Notes: generated by a model from the sequence alone, not told the origin. Shown: positions 39,300 to 50,260, numbered from the stretch's first letter. The stretch: DNA of 64,000 nt from Eledone cirrhosa (GCA_964016885.1 OZ024763.1:27280001-27344000), one strand, 5' to 3'. Made by a program: numbers and translations.

Positions 39300-42200
39300 A
39301 ATATGTTTGTATATACGTATAATGGTCCTAGCAGGTACTCACCCATACATATAGCAGTTCCTGTATCTTGACAACCAGGCAGCACCATGTTGGCAGCAAT
39401 ATTGGCATTCTTTAACAACTCCAAAGCTACAAATTTATCATTTTTTGAAGCTTCTGGATCTTTTAGAATATTTGATAATTGCTGGAAAATTCAACAATAA
39501 AGAATACATAAACACATACACATGCACTTATATATACATATATATATAATTTAATATAATTGTTTCTACTTTTGGCACAAGGCCAGCAATTACCCAGTAC
39601 ATTACTGGTACTTTATTTTATCGACCCCGTAAGGATGAAAGGCAAAGTTGACCTCGGAGGGATTTGAATTCATAATGGAAAGGGCCGTAACTCTATGCCT
39701 CAAAGCATGACGTCCGACCCTCTATCGATACTGCTAAGAGAGCTAAACACAGATATATACATATATGTGTTCAAATCATAAGGGACCTAGTTCGCTAGGG
39801 TGAATAAGATACTAACTATGAACAATACGGTTTGCCAGACTCAATTAAAAGAATAAATTAAGAAATAGTACAAACCGAATCGCGATAACTATCAACATGG
39901 AGACAGCCTTTGGTAGAACTGTTTAGCATCAAAGTGGAGGGATTGACGAATCCGATTGCTCTTCAGTGGATGTACAGATTAGTAAACCCTTCACTTCTAG
40001 ACTTCTTAGAAGACTAAATGAAGCCCTTGTTTTAAGAGAGAAAAAAACGCACATAGCATTCAGTGCCTAGCGTGTTTCGTAAAACGTAGGCTACTAAAAA
40101 TAGCACCCAGGTTTACTCGACATGTAAAGAGCTCGACAAAATTCTAGGAGCTGAATTTATCAAAAGTATATATTGAGTTAGAAACTCACAATAATCCCTT
40201 ATAATTAAAATAGCTCAAGGAAACTAACTCAATATATATATACTCCAAACCCATGCAAGCGTGGAATATGGACGTTAAACGATGATGATGATATATATCA
40301 TCGGAACAACAAAGGCATCATCCAAAGGTTTCAACGTCAAAATTAGACCATACCTCCAGAAAACAAGAGGCATCAAAATAGTGACTTTTCTTCAGATGTT
40401 AATGAGTTTATCTTTTTATATATATATATATCATCATCATCATCATTTTACGTCCGCTTTTCCCTGCTTGCAAGGGTGGGACGGGTCTTATTCAGCACAG
40501 CATCTCTCCACTCGGCACGGTCCCTCGTCATCTCCACCGTGAGCTTCAATGATCTGAGGTCTGTTCTCACCACCTCCGCCCATGTTTTTCGTGGTGTACC
40601 TCTACCACGTCTTCCTTCAACTGGCAATTCCTGGCACTTCTTCACCCATCGGTCATCCTCCATGCGCATCACATGTCCATACCACCTCAGTCTCCTCTCC
40701 CGTACACTACATTCTATCCCTCTCAGACACAGTTTATGCTGGGTCGTTCACGCACATTTACACTGCACATCCAACGGAACATGCTTGCCTCATTTCTCTC
40801 CAGCCGTCGCATATCCTCTGCAGTTGCTGCCCATGTCTCACTACCATGCAGCATCGCGCTCCTCACACAGGCATCATACAACCGGCCTTTCGTACGCAGG
40901 GAGAAACCCTTCTTCATCAACAGAGGAAGCAGCTCCCTAAACTTCTTCCAACCCGTCCTTATTCTAGATACTATGGCCTCGGAACACCCTCCTCCCATGC
41001 TAATCTGATCTCCTAGGTACCGGAAGCTATCCACCACTTGAAAAATGTGTCTATCAGTGCGACTTCTACTGTCTAATTTCCCTGTACATCTACTGCATAC
41101 ATATTTCTCCCTACCTGTTAGTATATATATATAAGTAATAATTATGAAGATCAAAATCTGAAGAGGCCTCGATAAGGATTATATATATATATATTGGGTG
41201 AAAGGCAGCAATTCATTGCTTAAACTTTAATCTGTACTAATAAAATATATACATATATATATATGTATATTTTCAATGCAATACAAGCTAAAGACATAGG
41301 AATGGACTAATATGATGTTTTCACTACTGAGGTCCATTCCTTATATGCATGTGTATATATATATAGTGAAGGCGTGTGGCTGAGTGGTTAGGGAATTGGA
41401 TTCGCAATCGTAAGGTTGTGAGTTCGATTCCTGGACCAGGCAATGCGTTATGTCCTTGAGCAAGACACTTTATTTCACGTTGCTCCTTCTACCTGGAGTT
41501 GCGACCGATAGATAGTATTAGCAATTGGAAAGACCAACGGAAACATTGTTCCCTCGGTCCGATTTGACGAAAGTCGATCGTTCCTTTATATATATATATA
41601 TATAGAGAGAGACACATATACATACATGCATCATGCATGTATCGCTGTAAATAGGTGCATCATAGAAAATTACATTGCACTCTTTTGTTCGGCATTTAGT
41701 CATGACCCTTTACACCAGGGTTAACTTATCCATTTGAAGAACAACAGAGATCAATAAAAATAAATGTCAACCCAAGTACATAAATTAATAAAATCGGCTA
41801 AAGAAAAATGTTTTTTTTCCGACAGCAGTGCTCCAACATGGCCACAGTCCAAAGACTGGAACCAGTAAAAGAATAAATGAATGAGAGAATGGAGAATGGT
41901 TTACCTGGAGATGTCCTGGCCTCAACAAATGCTCAATATCCACTATAGCCTGCTCTGCCAGAATACTCAGCGCCTCCGAATCTATTTGCAGTACCTTCTT
42001 ACCATTTACATTGAGAGTTTCTACAAAGTCACCTATACAGGTAAGAATGGAGAATAATATTAAAAACAGACACATACATACACACACACACATATGTGTA
42101 TATATATATATATATACATATATCATCATCCTCATCACCGTTTTACGGCCATTCTTCCACGCTAGCATGGGTTAGATGGGTTGTCCTGGTGTGGGCAATA

Positions 42201-43647
42201 CCAGATTGGGTGACCTTGTCTTGCTCATACAGGAACTGATTTTGGCTTGATTTCTACAACTGGATGCCTTTCCTAACACCGACCTCATTTACAGTCAGTA
42301 CTGGGTGCTTGTTTCCAGTGGCACCTTCACGACCACCTTGCAGTGGGAGGGGGTTTGGGCATATTGTCTATATGCTTCAGCTTCGGCTTGTACCTGTGGG
42401 AAGTCGGGTCTTGTGTGTGTATATATATATATAGACATATATATGTGTGTGTGTGTGATTCAAATTAAAAGATATATGTATATAGAGAGAAAGAACCATT
42501 AAACTAATATATATCTTCATTGTACCGTATCATTTCCCTGTTTTGTTTATCTGTTTCTTTTGCATACATACATAAATATATATACATATATAAATATATA
42601 TATATATACACACACACATACACCTTCAGAGGGACCCCACTTTGGCCACTTGCACTCACAACGCATTCCCGCCGAGGTTAACTTTGCCTTTCATCCTTAC
42701 GGGGTCGATAAAATAAAGTACCAGTAATACACTGGCGTAATTGCTGGCCTTGTGCCAAAAGTAGAAATTATTATTTGGTGGATTGGCAGTATCGGTAGAG
42801 GGTTGGACGCCATGCTTTGCAGCATAGTTACGTCCCTTTACGATCTGAGTTCAAATCCCGCCGAGGTTGACTTTGCCTTTCATCCTTACGGGGTCGATAA
42901 AATAAAGTACCAGTAATGCACTGGGTAATTGCTGGCCTTGTGCCTAAAGTAGAAACAATTATTTTGTTCATTACCCAAGATTCTTGACCATAGGTAAGGG
43001 TTGAATTGAAGATAATGAGTTTGGCTTTTACATCTATCTCCCTTCTTTTGATGACCAAATGCTGAAGCTGATGTATTACTGTACCAGCTCCTGCAATTCT
43101 TGCACTTAATTAAGCCTCCTGCCTTCCATCACTCGTGAACACGGCCCCGAGATACTTGAACTGAGATACTCTACCTGCTTCAATGGAACTCCATTCACAT
43201 GTAGAGATCAATGCGCGGGCTTCCTTGAGAGGACGAGTGTCTCAGTTTTTGCAGCACTGATTTTCATTCCAGCCATGCAACACTCAGCATCAAACCTATC
43301 AAGTGCATGTCAGGGATCACCTGCTGACGAGTTAAGTTACACCATGTCATCTGCAAATTCCAACCGACTGATTTCACACCTTCCAACATGGCTGCACATT
43401 TCAATCCTGTTCATGAAAAAATAAATACTGAAAAAGTAAAAAAAAATTAAAATAAAGTAAAACATTACAAACCTGAAATTTTCTTCCATGGAATCTCAGA
43501 TTTTGTTTCAAAATCCATTATGTCTTGGTAAACGAAAGGTTTGTCCGTGGCAGCTTTTGCCAATGTCCGCTCTAACTGTAGAAACTGGCGGACAGCGGGA
43601 GAAGATCTCCGTCCTATGTGAGACAGCCATCGGGTACAGCACAACAT
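24844..43647 (-). CDS. fumA: Class I (Fe-S) fumarate hydratase, FumA/FumB-like, 12 coding exons, 575 aa, probably mitochondrial
   Basis: Exons in transcription order: 43647-43473, 42032-41905, 39481-39343, 35776-35673, 34677-34471, 34138-34012, 33341-33151, 29407-29297, 28901-28695, 27645-27526, 26108-25991, 24944-24844. All introns are GT-AG with compatible phases. Total 1728 nt, open to TAA. Class I motifs [70 protein letters not shown]. Confidence 0.93.
25420..25950. repeat. GA-rich (polypurine) minisatellite, fumarase intron 11
   Basis: Repeated GAAAAGAGGAGGAAGAAGAGAAAGATGGGGAGGAG units. Confidence 0.85.
25991..26108 (-). CDS. fumA: Class I fumarase coding exon 11
   Basis: [39 protein letters not shown]; CAG|...|GTAGGT. 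Confidence 0.93.
26386..27515. repeat. CA-rich compound minisatellite, fumarase intron 10
   Basis: Repeated CAGTCTAACAGATTAACACACAGACTAAC units abutting the exon 10 donor. Confidence 0.9.
27526..27645 (-). CDS. fumA: Class I fumarase coding exon 10
   Basis: [40 protein letters not shown]; CAG|...|GTCAGT. Confidence 0.93.
27697..28107 (-). mobile_element. SINE family A copy with internal duplications
   Basis: Reverse complement of 577-908. Confidence 0.8.
28128..28408 (+). mobile_element. RTE-clade LINE 3' end with (ATG)n tail
   Basis: Degenerate [38 protein letters not shown]; homologous to 34731-35230. Confidence 0.75.
28695..28901 (-). CDS. fumA: Class I fumarase coding exon 9
   Basis: [39 protein letters not shown]...[12 protein letters not shown]; CAG|...|GTAAGG. 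Confidence 0.93.
28940..29130 (+). mobile_element. SINE family B (tRNA-like head), about 190 bp
   Basis: GGCGGTGGATTGGCAGTATCGGTAGAG..GAGTTCAAATCCCGCC..GCCTTTCATCCTTACGGGGTCGATAAAATAAAGTACCAG..GCCAAAAGTAGAAACAATTATT. Copies at 13078-13270, 22885-23057, 30482-30675, 42668-42962 (+) and 20793-20980, 21555-21742, 24399-24617, 33460-33640, 39557-39735, 46950-47127, 49405-49507, 52045-52385 (-). Confidence 0.85.
29297..29407 (-). CDS. fumA: Class I fumarase coding exon 8
   Basis: [37 protein letters not shown]; CAG|...|GTGAGT (not in the ORF track). Confidence 0.9.
29430..30400. mobile_element. piggyBac-type MITE with an internal 71-bp tandem repeat (about 10 copies)
   Basis: TTAACCCTTTAACATT...AATGCTAAAGAGTTAA; unit TTACTCTATA..GTAAAGGCTTTACCTCAC.. 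Confidence 0.7.
30700..31806 (-). mobile_element. RTE (Rex3/Expander-like) LINE fragment with five copies of an internal 123-bp repeat
   Basis: [38 protein letters not shown] repeated as a 41-aa unit..AKPT..RW. Confidence 0.8.
31820..32152 (-). mobile_element. SINE family A copy
   Basis: Reverse complement of 577-908. Confidence 0.85.
32666..33000 (+). mobile_element. SINE family A copy
   Basis: Near-identical to 577-908. Confidence 0.85.
33151..33341 (-). CDS. fumA: Class I fumarase coding exon 7
   Basis: [10 protein letters not shown]...[40 protein letters not shown]; CAG|...|GTAAGA. Confidence 0.93.
34012..34138 (-). CDS. fumA: Class I fumarase coding exon 6
   Basis: [42 protein letters not shown]; AAG|...|GTCAGT. 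Confidence 0.9.
34471..34677 (-). CDS. fumA: Class I fumarase coding exon 5
   Basis: [20 protein letters not shown]...[22 protein letters not shown]...EKIK; CAG|...|GTAAAA. Confidence 0.92.
34722..35245 (-). mobile_element. RTE-clade LINE 3' fragment
   Basis: [51 protein letters not shown]. Confidence 0.85.
35673..35776 (-). CDS. fumA: Class I fumarase coding exon 4
   Basis: [35 protein letters not shown]; TAG|...|GTAGGT (not in the ORF track). Confidence 0.9.
35960..36335 (+). mobile_element. Rex3/Expander-like RTE 3' fragment
   Basis: [26 protein letters not shown]; same family as 30700-31806. Confidence 0.7.
37173..37575 (+). mobile_element. Penelope-like 5'/pseudo-LTR fragment with a direct repeat of about 100 bp
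   Basis: 37183-37281 repeats at 37476-37573. Between them is [23 protein letters not shown], resembling the N-terminal STKNIP motif of PLE ORFs. The same repeat occurs at 45755-45838 (-) and 60550-60628. Confidence 0.55.
37750..38893 (-). mobile_element. Penelope-like retroelement 3' fragment (RT thumb/linker plus GIY-YIG endonuclease), degenerate
   Basis: [40 protein letters not shown], then [48 protein letters not shown]; in-frame stops; 5' truncated. Confidence 0.85.
39343..39481 (-). CDS. fumA: Class I fumarase coding exon 3
   Basis: [46 protein letters not shown]; CAG|...|GTGAGT. Confidence 0.92.
40430..41117 (-). mobile_element. RTE-clade LINE 3' fragment
   Basis: [35 protein letters not shown]..; frameshifted; same tail as 34731. 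Confidence 0.85.
41905..42032 (-). CDS. fumA: Class I fumarase coding exon 2
   Basis: [42 protein letters not shown]; TAG|...|GTAAAC. Confidence 0.9.
42965..43415 (-). mobile_element. Rex3/Expander-like RTE RT fragment
   Basis: Degenerate [46 protein letters not shown]. Confidence 0.7.
43473..43647 (-). CDS. fumA: Class I fumarase coding exon 1 (presequence plus FVYQDI segment)
   Basis: [58 protein letters not shown]; donor G|GTTTGT; AG immediately before the ATG. Confidence 0.8.
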
Positions 43648-43649
43648 CT

Positions 43650-44800
43650 AGAGAGAGAGAGTGAGACATTGAGACGGGGAGTTGGAGAGAGGGAGAGTTA
43701 ATGAGAGTGAGAGAGAGAGAGTGTGAGACATTGAGACGGGGAGTTGGAGAGAGGGAGAGTTAATGAGAGTGAGAGAGAGAGACAGTGAGACATTAAGACG
43801 GGGAGTTGGAGAGAGGGAGAGTTAATGAGAGTGAGAGAGAGAGAGAGTGTGAGACATTGAGACGGGGAGTTGGAGAGAGGGAGAGTTAATGAGAGTGAGA
43901 GAGAGACAGTGAGAGGGGGAGTTGGAGAGAGTGAGGGGAAAGAAGGAGAGTTAATGAGAGTGAGAGAGAGAGAGAGAAAGTGAGAGAGTGAGAGAGTGAG
44001 ACGGGGAGTTGGAGAGAGGGAGAGTTAATGAGAGTGAGAGAGAGAGACAGTGAGAGGGGGAGTTGGAGAGAGTGAGGGGAAAGAAGGAGAGTTAATGAGA
44101 GTGAGAGAGAGAGAGAGAGAAAGTGAGAGATAGAGAGTGAGACATTGAGACGGGGAGTTGGAGAGAGGGAGAGTTAATGAGAGTGAGAGAGTGAGAGACA
44201 GTGAGAGGGGAGTTGGAGAGAGTGAGGGAAAGAAGGAGAGTTAATGAGAGTGAGAGAGAGAGAAAGTGAGAGAGTGAGAGAGTGAGACGGGGAGTTGGAG
44301 AGAGGGAGAGTTAATGAGAGTGAGAGAGAGAGACAGTGAGAGGGGGAGTTGGAGAGAGTGAGGGGAAAGAAGGAGAGTTAATGAGAGTGAGAGAGAGAGA
44401 GAGAGAAAGTGAGAGATAGAGAGAGAGTGAGACATTGAGACGGGGAGTTGGAGAGAGGGAGAGTTAATGAGAGTGAGAGAGAGAGACAGTGAGAGGGGGA
44501 GTTGGAGAGAGTGAGGGAAAGAAGGAGAGTTAATGAGAAGTAGAGAGAGAGAGAGACATTGAGACAGGGAGTTGGAGAGAGGGAGAGTTAATGAGAGTGA
44601 GAGAGAGAGAGAGTGTGAGACATTGAGACGGGGAGTTGGAGAGAGGGAGAGTTAATGAGAGTGAGAGAGAGAGACAGTGAGAGGGGGAGTTGGAGAGAGT
44701 GAGGGAAAGAAGGAGAGTTAATGAGAGTGAGAGAGACAGTGAGAGGGGGAGTTGGAGAGAGTGAGGGAAAGAAGGAGAGTTAATGAGAGTGAGTGAGAGA
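43650..44800. repeat. GA/CT-rich compound minisatellite immediately upstream of fumarase coding exon 1
   Basis: Repeated GGGGAGTTGGAGAGAGGGAGAGTTAATGAGAGTGAGAG units. Confidence 0.9.
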
Positions 44801-45716
44801 TAGAAATCCTGCCAAAACAAAGGGTCAGAAGGACACTCAGTTGTGTCAAAGACATGATAACCTTTCCTGTGCACTTGGTAGAATGTGAGACTGTACATAA
44901 GCGAGATGTAGACCCCTCGGCCTTTGACTCTGAAGAGTTCATCCACCCTTTTAACAGCTCTTGGGGACAGGAGGGGGAGCTGGTTTAGTCACCAACCAAT
45001 CGACCATAAAGGTCCTACTGGGTTACATGGTACCAGTAGCAGGCAGAAGCCCGACCTAACTAGACCAGAGTCTGGTGGGGAAGCTGGTGTAGTTGCCAAC
45101 TACCAGACCATAAAGAAGGTTCTACTAGGTTATATGGTACCAGTAGCAGGCAGAAGTCTGACCTAACTAGACCAGGTTCTAGTGGGGGAGCTGGTTTAGT
45201 GGCCAACCACAGACCATGAAGCAGGTTGTACATGGTTCCAGTAGCAGGCAGAAGTCTGACTTGACCCTATTTCTACTGTTTTTGTTACTAGAACATTTAT
45301 TCTTTTCTGATAATCATGTGAGTGTGCAGGTCATTACTAAGCCATATTAAATGAATATTTAAACTCCTACTTCAGTATTGAGTACTTTTTATTACGTTCG
45401 TAAATAAGACGATATATATATATATATATATAGCTTGAAACTAGTACAGCGTTCCTTTGTCAGTGTTGAACAAACGGGCAACGATGGTTGCTGGACACTA
45501 CGGCTTAATACGGATGTTTGTTTACAAACACACCGAGCATTATAATAAATGTTCGGTGAATCCATATGTACATATATATATATGTGTGCATGTATGTGTA
45601 TATATATATACATACTACTGTACGTCTGTATACATATATGTATGTACGTGTACATACTTATATTTAAGTAACAGCCGTACTAAGAGTGGGAAATGAAATT
45701 TCGTTTCATTTTTTCC

Positions 45717-45756
<40 letters not shown>

Positions 45757-46330
45757 CGAAGGAAGTGTGATAAGGAACCAGATGGACCATAACGCACCAG
45801 AGTACTCAATACTTAGGGTAGTAGAGTGGGTAATAGGAAAAATGTTTAACCCCGATGGCAGAGCTCAAGGGTCGACTGAAAAATTCATAAGCTAATCGGA
45901 GTGATGCTAGGGCTGTGAAATCTTGCATATATTAATTCCAACTCTTCTAATTAATAACTACATTGTTTCTTTCCAGGGATAACGTTGAAAAAATAAATCT
46001 CATTTGGTCATTCCATGAGAGTATCTTGCTCAGCCTATCTTTGTAAGAGAAGGCCAAAGTTGCACCGGTTCGACTAGCTTCGTAAACCAATATTATATAT
46101 ATATATATATTATATATATATATATATATAGTTATGTAATAAACAACATAAGGCAATTATTCCATTTACCATAATTGCCTTATGTTGTTTATTACATAAC
46201 TATTAAGCTCTGTTACCTACATAGAGCACTCTTTTTTCCTGGACTTTTCCGACGGAATTACTTCATTTATATATATATATATATTAATTCAAAATATTAA
46301 TAAATGTAGACATACACGTAATCAAAATGT

Positions 46331-46398
46331 ATATTTTATTATATATATTTCGGAGGTACTGTGCTGTTTTTTCAGTACGTCCTCATCAGATAAAATAT
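46331..46398 (-). ncRNA. Minimal type I hammerhead ribozyme motif with palindromic stem III
   Basis: Minus strand: AUAUUUUAU-CUGAUGA-GGAcGUACUG..CAGUACcUCC-GAAA-UAUAUA-UA^-AUAAAAUAU; perfect 9-bp stem I. Confidence 0.78.
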
Positions 46399-47153
46399 AT
46401 AAATTGATGTATGACATACCTCAACTGTGCTGATGGTTCAATTCCAGTTTTGGCAGTCAAAACTGCCAAAACTGGAATTGAACCATCAGCACTGTTGAGT
46501 GCTTCTAATCTATTGTAAAACTATATTCATTGATTAATCAATGAACCTTGTTTAACTTTTGGTTATATATATATATATATATATATGATGGCTGCAACTC
46601 GATTTCGAGTAATGCCATCGCTTGATACTTAAGCACGATCATCAAGGACGTGGCTTTTTAGTCCTGGTAGGGACTTGCCCATGGCTAGCCATGTCATGCA
46701 TCGCAAAAGATGTCACATATCAAGCGATGCCTGCGCTTGAAGCTTTTTTAAGTGAGGAAAGGCTTTGCACAGGGGCAATCCTACTCTCTGAACATCGAAC
46801 GCATTTACACAAAAAGAAGAACTGGTGTACATCATCGGATGTAAACGAAGTTACAGGTTTTATGAGAGTGACTTTCTTTTAGCTAGAGAGATGTTTAATG
46901 AAGACTAGGAATCTCTCGCTCTCTCTCTCTCTCTATATATATACAATATATTGTTTCTACTTTAGGCACAAGGCCAGCAATTACCCAGTGCATTACTGGT
47001 ACTTTATTTTATCGACCCTGTAAGGATGAAAGGCAAAGTCAACCTCGGCGGGATTTGAACTCAGATCGTAAAGGGACGTAACTATGCTGGAAAGCATGGC
47101 GTCCGACCCTCTACCGATACTGCCAATGGAAACTATATTTATAAAACCATAAT

Positions 47154-47218
47154 TATTTTATTATATATATTTCAAGGGCAACCAAGGCAATCTTGGTGCG
47201 CTTTCATCAGATAAAATA
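47154..47218 (-). ncRNA. Minimal type I hammerhead ribozyme motif with palindromic stem III
   Basis: Minus strand: UAUUUUAU-CUGAUGA-AAGcGCACCAAG auugc CUUGGUuGCcCUU-GAAA-UAUAUA-UA^-AUAAAAUA. Confidence 0.78.
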
Positions 47219-47977
47219 CAAAATTTGTTTTATAAATAGTGACATAACCGTGGAAAAACAACCTTGACGGTTGAAAATTCGCTGGATAGTCTTAACAATT
47301 ATGGTTTTATAAATATAGTTTCCATTTATTAATATATTGAATAGTTATTCCAGTAAACTGTTGAGTGCTCTATATCAGTTATAAACTTTTAAGTTTGTTG
47401 GAATCCCAACAAATTAAATATAACTTCTGCATATATATATACATATATATATATACAAAAAGGAAGTACAGCATAATCGAAGCTCTGGTTGCAGGTAATC
47501 TAACGAATGCAGTCGGCATGTACAGCTAAGCACTCAATCAGGTATTTTACCTTAGAGTTATAACATTACGTTTAGACAGCTTTGCATATTGAACAGCGAC
47601 CGATAAGTGAGCCACGATGCATATATAAATAAACAAAGGCGCAGGTTTTAGGTGAGAGTGACCTTCTCTTAGCTAGAGAAATATTTAATGAAGACTAGGA
47701 ATTTCTCGGTCAATATAATATATATATATTTATATATCTATATATTATAAACGGCCGAACATTCCATATAAAAGATTTTATCATCGTTGTTTAGTGTCTA
47801 ATGATACGATACTGACTTAAATATATGTTCAACCTTAAATTATAGTAGGTGACCTTTAACGGTGTTTTACCTGCTTGGTGCTCGATAAACAGTCAGACAC
47901 GTACAACTTTCTTTCTCTCTCTATCTTTGCTTGTAGATAAATAGAGTTTTTATTACATTTATATCAGATAGAATAAA

Positions 47978-48008
<31 letters not shown>

Positions 48009-50092
48009 CATACATGTATATATATATAAGCTATTGATTATGACTAAGGAACTTTATAAATATAATATGCAGAAACATATACAATAAAAGCGCTGACGTG
48101 AGGGACCGTTAGTTGTGTGTGTGTGCGTGTAACCGAAGGAATTACTGGTACCTGATCTATTAATTATGGCTAAGGGACTTTATAAATATAATATACAGAA
48201 ATATATACAATCAGAGCGTTAGTTTTGTGTGTGTGTGTGTGTGTAACTGTAGTAATTACTGGTACCTAATCTATTAATTATGGCAAAGGAGCTTATAAAT
48301 ATATACAAAAATATACTATCAAAGTGTCTGTGTAGGGCCATTAATTTTGTGTGTGTGATCGTAGTAATTACTGGTACCTGATATTTTAATTATTGCCAGG
48401 AACCTTATAAATTCACAAACATTTACAATCAAAGTGTCTCTGTATGGGATCATTAGTTGTGTGTATGTAATCGTAGTAATTACTGGTACTCTTGCCAAGA
48501 ACGTTATAAATATAATACACAAAAATATACAATTAAAGCGTTTATATGTGGGACCATTAGTTCTGTGTTTGTGTGTAGGTAATCGTAGTAATTACTGGTA
48601 CTTGATATATCACCCCTAATAGGGTTCGAACCCAGATCGTAAAAGGACGTCACAACTACATACCATAAATTATTTCGTCCCCAGCACTCTACCGATTCTG
48701 GCAACTATCACTTTAACCCTTTCGTTACCATATTTCTAATGAAAGTCACAGCCTAATATTTTCAAATTATTTTGAAAATAAATCATGAATTTTGAGGAAT
48801 TTAAAAATATAACAAACTTTCTCATTATAAACTCTTTCTTTACCATATTTCCAACGAAAGACACTGTCTGTGATCTTCAGGTTTTGAAGACAATCAGGGA
48901 TTTCAGAGGGATTTATAAATACAACTTTCTCATTATCAAGCTGATGTTTGGAACTTAACAAAGCGTCTTATATAAAATTATGATGACAGGTATTTACATA
49001 AATATAAACAATTTAACCATTCCTTTACCATATTTCTAATGAAATTTTTGAATTATTTTGAAAATAAATCAAGAATTTCAGAGGAATTTAATAATATAAC
49101 AAACTTTCGGATTATAAAGCTATTTGGAGCATAACTTAAAAATTCTTACATCGAACTCTGATGGAAAAGTTGTAGATAAATATAAACACTTTAAAATAAA
49201 GTTTTACATCGTAGGACCAGGTATGCTTTCAAACAGTTTAGTATCAAAAAGGTTAAGCTGGTGTTTGGAACATAGCTTAACAAAGGTTCTTACATCAAAT
49301 TATGATGGAATGGTTTTAGATAAATATAATAAACACTTTATTTTAATAATTATCAACGTATTGTAGAACCAGAAGCAGTTTTGGTAACACAGGTGTTAAT
49401 AATAATAATTGTTTCTACTTTTGGCACAAGGCCAGCAAATTACTCAGTACATTACTGGTACTTTATTTTATCGACCCCGTAAGGATGAAAGGCAAAGTTA
49501 ACCTCGGTGTTAATAATAATAATGGTTTCTGATTTAGACAGAAGGCCAGGTACTTATAAGAGGTGAAAGTCGTTTATATCGATTCTAATGTGTTTGATTT
49601 TAATTGAAGACGACGAGGGTGTAATTTGAGGGTTAGGAGTCACGGTTAATGGACAGAAATAGGAACATAAAAAAACCCCAGAGGTACCCTATCATATTCC
49701 TAGCAAATACATTTTAGATTCGAATTATATTGAATTATGTAACAGAAAAAATATATTGTTAATTCGTGCGTGTGTGTCTGTGTGTTTACTATTGTTAACA
49801 AAATAAATTACCACGCAATATATCTATATTTATATATGAAGTGGTGATGTTTATTAGGGAGTCAGTCATACCCAGACATTCCCACAACTCAGTAGCCCCT
49901 AGCTATAGCAACAGCAATGACAACGGGTCCCTTAGTTACTAGGGTGTCTGAGGAAGAAGCTGTACTTTGTCCTTTTGATGTCCGATTGACGGACACCGTG
50001 TTATTTCGCTTTAATTGTATATTTTTGTGTATTTTATTTATAAAATTCCTAGCAATAATTAATTAATTAATTGATTACATATATCTATCTAT

Positions 50093-50260
50093 CTAAGGCG
50101 AGTAAAATTCCCGAGATCCATGGACGAGTTCTCTCCAGCGGTCTCTGTCCCTCATTATCGCTGCCATGTCCTGCGTCTCCAACAGACCAATGTCTGTCCT
50201 GAGGGCATCAACATACGTTAACATTGGTCTTCCTCTTCTAGTGTGTCCATGTAGGGGCTC

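Noticed and set aside
24844-43647. Bacterial contamination or recent horizontal transfer of fumA
   Set aside because: Eleven GT-AG introns full of host repeats, plus a presequence
46586-46920. Coding exon at 46622-46882
   Set aside because: TA-flanked segment with partial homologs at 47650-47710 and 59915-60000; this is a dispersed repeat with no recognisable protein motif
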